This document shows positions 57,988 to 64,000 of a stretch of 64,000 nucleotides of DNA, in pieces. The notes beneath the pieces were generated by a model. The model had not been told where the DNA came from and did not search any database. It saw only the letters and a list, made by a program, of their open reading frames with translations. How positions within the stretch are numbered: the stretch's first letter is position 1; every line of letters begins with the position of its first letter. The stretch lies in the IMG/VR virus record IMGVR_UViG_3300022187_000017, positions 1 to 64,000 of that record. The stretch is one strand, 5' to 3'. The DNA is from a virus. The translations under genes were made by a program, and so were the position numbers.

Positions 57988-59512
57988 TTATTTATGCTCC
58001 CATTTCTCTTTACCACAGTGAACACAATGAGTTAATGAAGTCCCTCCATAGTCTGGCCAGAAATTACATTTAGCAGTGTTCTCTACTGTTATATTTACGT
58101 TTATACTCTCTACTGGTGCATTTGGATAGAACTTAACTGTATACCCATCATCTCCCAGATCTCCTGTAGCTTTACCTATCTCCTCTCCTTCATAATAGGC
58201 TATTCCATCTACTACCATATAGTTCTCTGCATTCTCTAGATCATCAAAGATTAATGCTATGAAGATACCACTAACTTGCATGCTTGAAGTATATAGCGAT
58301 TATTCCTCCAATGGCTGCCAGTGAGATCAATACCCAGAGAATACTCCATGTATGATACTCCTTCCAGCTGTTGAATCTCTTTATCCAGCTCATGATCTCT
58401 GCTTTGTCTGTTCTAGAATGATCTCTGAATTGATAATATCCCTCTTTGATTTATTGTAGGCTCTCATTGCCTGATCACCTATCCTGATACCAAATGCTGC
58501 TATCTCTCCAGTGATTACTTTGCCTGCATGCTCATTACCATCCAATAGTAATGCTGTTGCTGTTAAAATAACTGATGCCCAGACTGCTGCCCAGAAATTT
58601 GAAATGATTTTATCGTTCATGCTATTATTATTATGATTATTATTACTGCAACCATTACAATGAATGGCCAGCTGCAGCCTATTTTCTTGATCTGTCCATT
58701 GGGATATCTCTCTATCTTCATGACTTCCCTAGTTTCTTCTCAACCCTATCCACAATAGTCTGTAGGTTCTGGATTGCTTTTGATTCCTCCATCTGATCCT
58801 CATAGACATCCATTGCCTTTGAGAGATCTTCATATGTCTCACACTCTTGTAGCTTTCCAACTAACTTAGAATGTGCAACCACTGCCTGCTGGATCTGATT
58901 CTTCTCTGTCTTACTTAAATTAGTCATGATCTTATCTGTTCTGAATTGTTTAGTAACATCTTAAATTGATTGGATCTCTGTAGCTTACCATCTTCAACAC
59001 CTTGACTCACTCCAGTTGCAAATATATTCTCCACTACATCCTTTAAAGTCATATCTCTATGTATGATCATGTGCTCCTGAGTTATATTACACCAATATCT
59101 ATGCTTGTGAACTGCAGTTTTATCTGGATATATGTCTATTTTAGCTAACTGATTATCTGTCATATTACTTCCATTGATGTTATGTCATCTATACTTGATA
59201 GAGTATTTTCTTCTATCCATCCTAGAGCTCCTATTAGTGTTTCAGCCTCTACTGAAGAGACTGTATTGCAATTATTGAATGTGAAATGATACTTCTTCAT
59301 TAGAATGTTATTTCTAGTACAGCCTCATAAATGACAGATACTATTGATGTCAATGCTATTGCTGGGATCCACCAGACTGCATATGTAAATAGTAAATACC
59401 AGTTACCAGTAATGAATGCTACTATCACTGGCACTAACCAGATAGCAAATACTGACACTACTGCTATTAATGTGAATAGGCCTAATAACCCAATTTGGAA
59501 TGATTCTTTCAT
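57988..59512 (-). CDS. Cluster of small hypothetical/membrane ORFs (57988-58281, 58390-58620, 58718-58927, 58924-59163, 59300-59512)
   Basis: Same-strand packing behind promoter 59528-59564; several with TM segments. Confidence 0.5.
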
Positions 59513-59527
59513 GATTCTCTATTTTAA

Positions 59528-59564
59528 GTTGCTAAAGTATAACAAATATATTTAACCTGCAAAT
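59528..59564 (-). promoter_or_regulatory. Bacteroidota sigma-type early promoter
   Basis: TTTGCAGGTTAAATATATTTGTTATACTTTAG. Confidence 0.7.
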
Positions 59565-59760
59565 TTATTATGATCATTATCATCATAGTTACCTAATATG
59601 ATCACCACCATCATAAGTACCAGTATGAACCCTGTTATTCCCTTTGCTGCTCCCTCTATTAGCATATTCATTGACTCTGTTTCCATGTGCTTTAATTTGT
59701 AAGTTATTGACTGCCAATACTCCTCCTACAGTCTTACTTAAAGTGATTGTTTAACTCTTT

Positions 59761-60138
59761 TTACTTCTCAATGTCTTTCTTTCCACTCCTGTTGATGGAG
59801 TTGATCTCTCTCTCAATAGACCTCAGCCTCTCTTGGCCTCCCTCTTTACCTCTGGTATGTTTGTTAGCTCTCTCCCTGAAATGCTTTAAGGCCTTATCTC
59901 TAGTACCCCTGCTCATATCAGTGGGAGCACTGCTTTTAGTGGCTATAATAGTCCAGTCCCCATCCTCTTGATCATCAAAAGGTATACTAACTAGATTTTT
60001 GCCTGTTTTAGGATCCACTATGATGTTCCCCAGTGCATCTGTATTGATAAACTCTTTCCCATTTTGAGAGTATCTACCTGAATGTGATGTCACATGGAAG
60101 ATCTCTCCTGTATCTGGATTCTTAAAGTTGCCCCTCAT
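59761..60138 (-). CDS. Hypothetical protein
   Basis: 125 aa with NPDTGE/DPKTGK hairpin motifs. Confidence 0.55.
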   Translation of the reverse strand: MRGNFKNPDTGEIFHVTSHSGRYSQNGKEFINTDALGNIIVDPKTGKNLVSIPFDDQEDGDWTIIATKSSAPTDMSRGTRDKALKHFRERANKHTRGKEGGQERLRSIEREINSINRSGKKDIEK

Positions 60139-60267
60139 CTGTTTATATAATTATAAATGTGTAATGCCATGACTATGATTCCAACCCATGATATTAGTCC
60201 CATTACCCTGAACCCTGTATCCTTTGATTGAAATAACATGCATTGTACAAAATATGTCTTTCTCATC

Positions 60268-60642
60268 TTAACAGTCCTGCCCTCCTTCAGCTCCTTTTAC
60301 CACCTTATCAGCATCTCTCTTCTCTTGGTTATTGATCCTAGCTATTTGCTCTTGCATCCCTAAGAATTTTCTCTCAGATAGGGCAGAAATCATCAGTACC
60401 CCTTTCTCGTCTTTGGCCTCTAGGTCAGTTATGAACCTTCCAATTTGAGATATTAGGTGTTCATCTGTATCATAGAAGAACTTTTCTTTATGCACATGGA
60501 CTGAACCATTACCGATCTCCAGAATGGGATAGGATACTATGTACATGATTACTTCCTTTAACTTCTTTGGTACTCCTACCAACTCTGGCATTGGTAATCC
60601 ATCAAATTCTGGTACTTGTATGTATTCAAGTTTTTTGCTCAT
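60268..60642 (-). CDS. Hypothetical protein
   Basis: 124 aa. Confidence 0.55.
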   Translation of the reverse strand: MSKKLEYIQVPEFDGLPMPELVGVPKKLKEVIMYIVSYPILEIGNGSVHVHKEKFFYDTDEHLISQIGRFITDLEAKDEKGVLMISALSERKFLGMQEQIARINNQEKRDADKVVKGAEGGQDC

Positions 60643-60645
60643 TGC

Positions 60646-61047
60646 TTAATATTTTATGATTCTTACTTCTTTACTGTATTCCTTCATTGTCTCTATCATA
60701 TTCTTAGTGCCATTAGATCCATTCCAGAATGCCACCAGATAATCTGCATATTCTGCCATATCTCTATTCCTTGCATGTCCTGCTCCTTTGAAGTATTTGG
60801 ATCCATCTGGCCTCTCTCCTATCATAAATGGCATCTTACCCTCTATGTTATCCCAGTCTGCAGGCATTCTGGTGAGCTTGTATGCTCTTCTCTTGGCATA
60901 TTGCTCCCCTAACCTATCTGCACCTGCTGCAGTCCCTGAAACGATCTCTAATGTCTCCTTATTGAGTTTTGAGAATAATATATCACATACCTGTTCTAAC
61001 TTTCTCTGATCTTTGAAGTCTCTACCTCCTGCAATTATTACTTTCAT
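60646..61047 (-). CDS. SLOG-family protein (DUF2493/YspA-like)
   Basis: KVIIAGGRDF, IVSGTAAGADRLGE.YA, PADW, AG..RN..MAEYAD.LVAFWNG.S.GTKNMI. Confidence 0.88.
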   Translation of the reverse strand: MKVIIAGGRDFKDQRKLEQVCDILFSKLNKETLEIVSGTAAGADRLGEQYAKRRAYKLTRMPADWDNIEGKMPFMIGERPDGSKYFKGAGHARNRDMAEYADYLVAFWNGSNGTKNMIETMKEYSKEVRIIKY

Positions 61048-61233
61048 CCCTTATTTCTCATCCATCTAAAGGGAATTATACCATCCCATATATCTAATTT
61101 CAAATCCTCCTCATCCATCCATCTTCCCTCAGTAATCCACCATGCATGCATCATAATTAGATCCACTAGATATAATATTGCTACAAATATCACTATTACT
61201 AATATTATTAACTCTTTCATGATTTTAATCTTT

Positions 61234-61265
61234 AAAAAAAGAGGCTAGGCAACCCCAGCCTCTTT
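61234..61265 (-). terminator. Rho-independent terminator
   Basis: AAAGAGGCTGGG-GTTG-CCTAGCCTCTTTTTTT. Confidence 0.75.
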
Positions 61266-61295
61266 CATCTTCTTAGTGGCCATTGGCCTTTTTAT

Positions 61296-61625
61296 TTATG
61301 TAGTATATTCAAGTCTAATGTCAGGCAATGGATCTGGAGTTCTCAGTGATTTACCATTGAATACATTTTCGCTTAAAGTATTAGTAGTTATTAGCTTATG
61401 ATCTCCTATATCTGGAGGTGCATTCACATGCGAATAACTGGTTTCTAGAATAACCATGCTTGGTGACTCCACTGTGCTAAGAGTGTAGCTGTCTACTGAT
61501 ACTTGATCAATGGACATGGTTAGTTCATCTTGTACTGGATCATTGGCCAGCTCCTCTGACTGGAATCCAATGAGTGTGACTGCAAATAGTGCTAGACACA
61601 TAAATAGTCTGAATACATTCTTCAT
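61296..61625 (-). CDS. Secreted hypothetical protein
   Basis: N-terminal signal peptide. Confidence 0.5.
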   Translation of the reverse strand: MKNVFRLFMCLALFAVTLIGFQSEELANDPVQDELTMSIDQVSVDSYTLSTVESPSMVILETSYSHVNAPPDIGDHKLITTNTLSENVFNGKSLRTPDPLPDIRLEYTT

Positions 61626-61661
61626 ACTGTTCTATTTTAATGGTGCTTCATTTCTCAGGTT

Positions 61662-62597
61662 TCAGCTTGCCTGTTTTGTCTTTGTGAAGATCTCTCCCTT
61701 GTGTAAAGATAGGCCTAATAATTTAATATTGGCTATCATATCCTGCTTATTCCAGTATCCTTGACTGGATGCTCCAATGATTTTACCATTGGATGCTGTT
61801 ACTCTCCATCTCCACTTCCATAGCTTTCTATAGATCTCTACTGGATAAGGATGTTGTACTGGCACTTCTGTTTTCATTGTTCTATTGTTATTTGTGTTAC
61901 TATTATACTCAAACCATCTTGATTTGAACAGGAATCTCTTTCTATCTGTTCCTATCATCAGGTTAAAATAGTTTCTCTTTTTATTGAATATTCTCAATAC
62001 TCTTCTTAACCAAACTCTATCAAGGGGAAGTGTAAATGAATATCTAAAGTGCTTTGTTCCTCTTAATCGAAATGTAATCTTTTGTATCCCGAATATGGTT
62101 TTATTTCTCCAGATAAGAGGGTGACCAATTCCTTCTACTTTAAGAACATTGAGATGTTCATTTATCTCTGCACTTGTGTAGTTAGGAGTGATTAATCTTC
62201 CTAATGCTACTTTTGTATTCCATGTCCAGTTACGAAATGCTCCCCATGCATATGAAAGGAAGAATCTCTTGATAGCTCCATAATCCTCTTCAAATATCTG
62301 GTACTTGTCTCGGATGATATTTCCATACGGATCTACCTCATCATCTATCATCTCGTATACCCCATACCAATTATCAATATGAGCTCTCTCTGGGTCTCCT
62401 CCTCCTTGTTCATCTGAATTAGAAACCCACCATAACAATAGCCACTTCCAAAGTGTTGGGTTCTTGTCAATGGATCTCCTGAAGATGTATGCTAGCCAAT
62501 ATAATACAAATCCTACTGGCCATAAGATTAATACTTCAACAATAAACTTGAAGAAGAAGAATTTGAAGTACATCCATATGTTTTCTAAATGTCTCAT
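61662..62597 (-). CDS. Membrane protein with C-terminal DUF1508 (YegP-like) domain, probably also an internal start at 61877
   Basis: N-terminal TM; C-terminal WRWRVTASNGKIIGASSQGY. Confidence 0.6.
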   Translation of the reverse strand: MRHLENIWMYFKFFFFKFIVEVLILWPVGFVLYWLAYIFRRSIDKNPTLWKWLLLWWVSNSDEQGGGDPERAHIDNWYGVYEMIDDEVDPYGNIIRDKYQIFEEDYGAIKRFFLSYAWGAFRNWTWNTKVALGRLITPNYTSAEINEHLNVLKVEGIGHPLIWRNKTIFGIQKITFRLRGTKHFRYSFTLPLDRVWLRRVLRIFNKKRNYFNLMIGTDRKRFLFKSRWFEYNSNTNNNRTMKTEVPVQHPYPVEIYRKLWKWRWRVTASNGKIIGASSQGYWNKQDMIANIKLLGLSLHKGEIFTKTKQAS

Positions 62598-62598
62598 A

Positions 62599-62979
62599 TT
62601 ACCAATGCTTTTTTAGGTTATACTTGAAGTCTAATACCTCCTGTGATACAGATCCTAACACATTGATGTAGATCACATATCTCTCCTCTGGTGTTATCTT
62701 AACACATGCAGTTACATACAGTCCTCCTGTAGATATTGGAAGGATGTCCTTATCATCTACCATCAACTTGATCTTAGATACTAAATCATCTACAGCTCTC
62801 TCTATGATAGGCTCATCATTCTGTGAGTTATCACTTCCATTGACATACTCTACTATCTCCAGATTATATGGATAGTCTTTCTTTTCAATTGTGCATCCTC
62901 TTAATGGGACATCAACTGATACCCAATTCAGTGCCTTACCTATAGGATGATCTTCTAAAAGTATTGTTTTATGTTTCAT
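62599..62979 (-). CDS. Hypothetical protein
   Basis: 126 aa. Confidence 0.5.
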   Translation of the reverse strand: MKHKTILLEDHPIGKALNWVSVDVPLRGCTIEKKDYPYNLEIVEYVNGSDNSQNDEPIIERAVDDLVSKIKLMVDDKDILPISTGGLYVTACVKITPEERYVIYINVLGSVSQEVLDFKYNLKKHW

Positions 62980-63151
62980 CTTCCAGCTTTTACATTGTTA
63001 TAAGCTAACCTCATCACTATAGCATTGAATAACATCACTACTACTAACAATGGACTATCTATAAAGATACCTACTGCTATCCCTATGCCATTTAATATCC
63101 CTGCTGCTATCAGAGATCTCAGCATCCACTTGATCATTTTCTTTGTTGGTT

Positions 63152-63818
63152 TCATTCTATTGATTTAAGATTAAATGATATTTCAAATCCTGTCTTAGCA
63201 ATAGATTTAGTTTTTCCAAAAAAATCACCTTCGACAGTATCATCTTTTTTTACTTCAATTAATTCAGGGATTTTCATAATCCTCATCATTTCAACCATTA
63301 TAGCAAGAGATGTTACTTCCTGTCCTTTTTTAACGACTAATGTTTTCATAATTCTCTATTGATTTATTGATCTCCTTCATCATCTGATCATAATTCCCTT
63401 TGAACTGCATAGCCTCCATTCTGATCTTCATAGCTATCTTTCTAGCATATCCCTCTGGGATCTCATGTCCCTGTCTTATACTCACTCCATTTACAATTGA
63501 ATACTTCCCCATTATTGAAGAGATTCTGTTGTGAAGTAAGTAGTGCATATCATATGTATCATCTCCTAGTATATTACTATGAGCCTGCTTCAGGCTTTTT
63601 GGAAGGATGAACATAATTGAATAGAAGTGAGATCCTTTCCTTGGAGGAGTTGCTATTGTGGATACATCGATCCCAAAACACTTCTCCTTATCTCTCTTCA
63701 ATTGATAGTGAGGAAATGGTGTTACCACCTTATCAAATCTTCCAGAGCTCTCTAGCTCCTTCTCTATTGCAAATCCCACCATTCTAGTTTTTTGTGTATC
63801 AACTGGCCTTTCTAGCAT
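63152..63818 (-). CDS. Two hypothetical ORFs (63152-63349, 63330-63818)
   Basis: Overlapping same-strand ORFs. Confidence 0.5.
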
Positions 63819-64000
63819 CTTTTCTTTTTTTACTTCTTATTAATCCTATGTAGCATCCTAATAGGGATCCTATTAATGAGAATATTATCACTGGGATATA
63901 TCTCATGTCATGTTCTACCATCACCATCAGTACTCCTTTGGCTCCTATAGCTATTGCAATCAACCATAGAACATGAATGAGTCCTCCAGATATAAGAGTC

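Noticed and set aside
50105-58025. Longest-ORF starts at 50557, 56507 and 58025 (also 22683)
   Set aside because: They run through promoter or terminator elements or upstream genes; downstream ATGs with A-rich leaders were preferred
748-61764. Plus-strand ORFs in the track (e.g. 42443-43042, 25837-26313, 32508-32954)
   Set aside because: They lie antisense to well-supported minus-strand genes, with Ser/Leu/Phe-rich shadow composition and no motifs
1-64000. Stop-codon reassignment (alternative genetic code)
   Set aside because: Long conserved genes are intact in the standard code, and TAA, TAG and TGA all end tightly coupled genes

Overview
A 64 kb segment of a large, AT-rich, lytic-type contractile-tailed (myovirus) phage. 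Essentially all real genes lie on the minus strand. Positions 1-43 kb hold a virion morphogenesis module with Herelleviridae (SPO1/Twort)-like order: portal, three large putative internal head proteins, F-like protein, prohead protease/scaffold, major capsid, neck, sheath, tube, chaperones, tape measure, hub and baseplate. A holin and a block of fibre/decoration genes with an esterase and a sulfotransferase lie upstream of the portal. Positions 43-64 kb are an accessory region of small ORFs headed by repeated Bacteroidota-type promoters. It encodes two PAPS-reductase-family PP-loop proteins, a Gp88-like protein, a GREB1/TAGT-like glycosyltransferase, nucleotide-processing enzymes and an outer-membrane beta-barrel. 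The host is probably Bacteroidota (TAnnTTTG-like promoters, A-rich starts without Shine-Dalgarno, Bacteroidota-type tmRNA 5' end); this is inferred. Top findings: (1) a circularly permuted two-piece, apparently pseudoknot-free tmRNA at ~52.3-52.6 kb; (2) strong CCWGG avoidance (all 20 Pro-Gly dipeptides I found use CCSGG) with CpG depletion and GATC/GGCC excess, alongside a candidate DNA-modification gene set; (3) a repeated module, probably for capsid targeting and protease cleavage, in the large head-associated proteins; (4) a shared N-terminal anchor on several fibre/decoration proteins. All family calls are by motif recognition, with no database searches.
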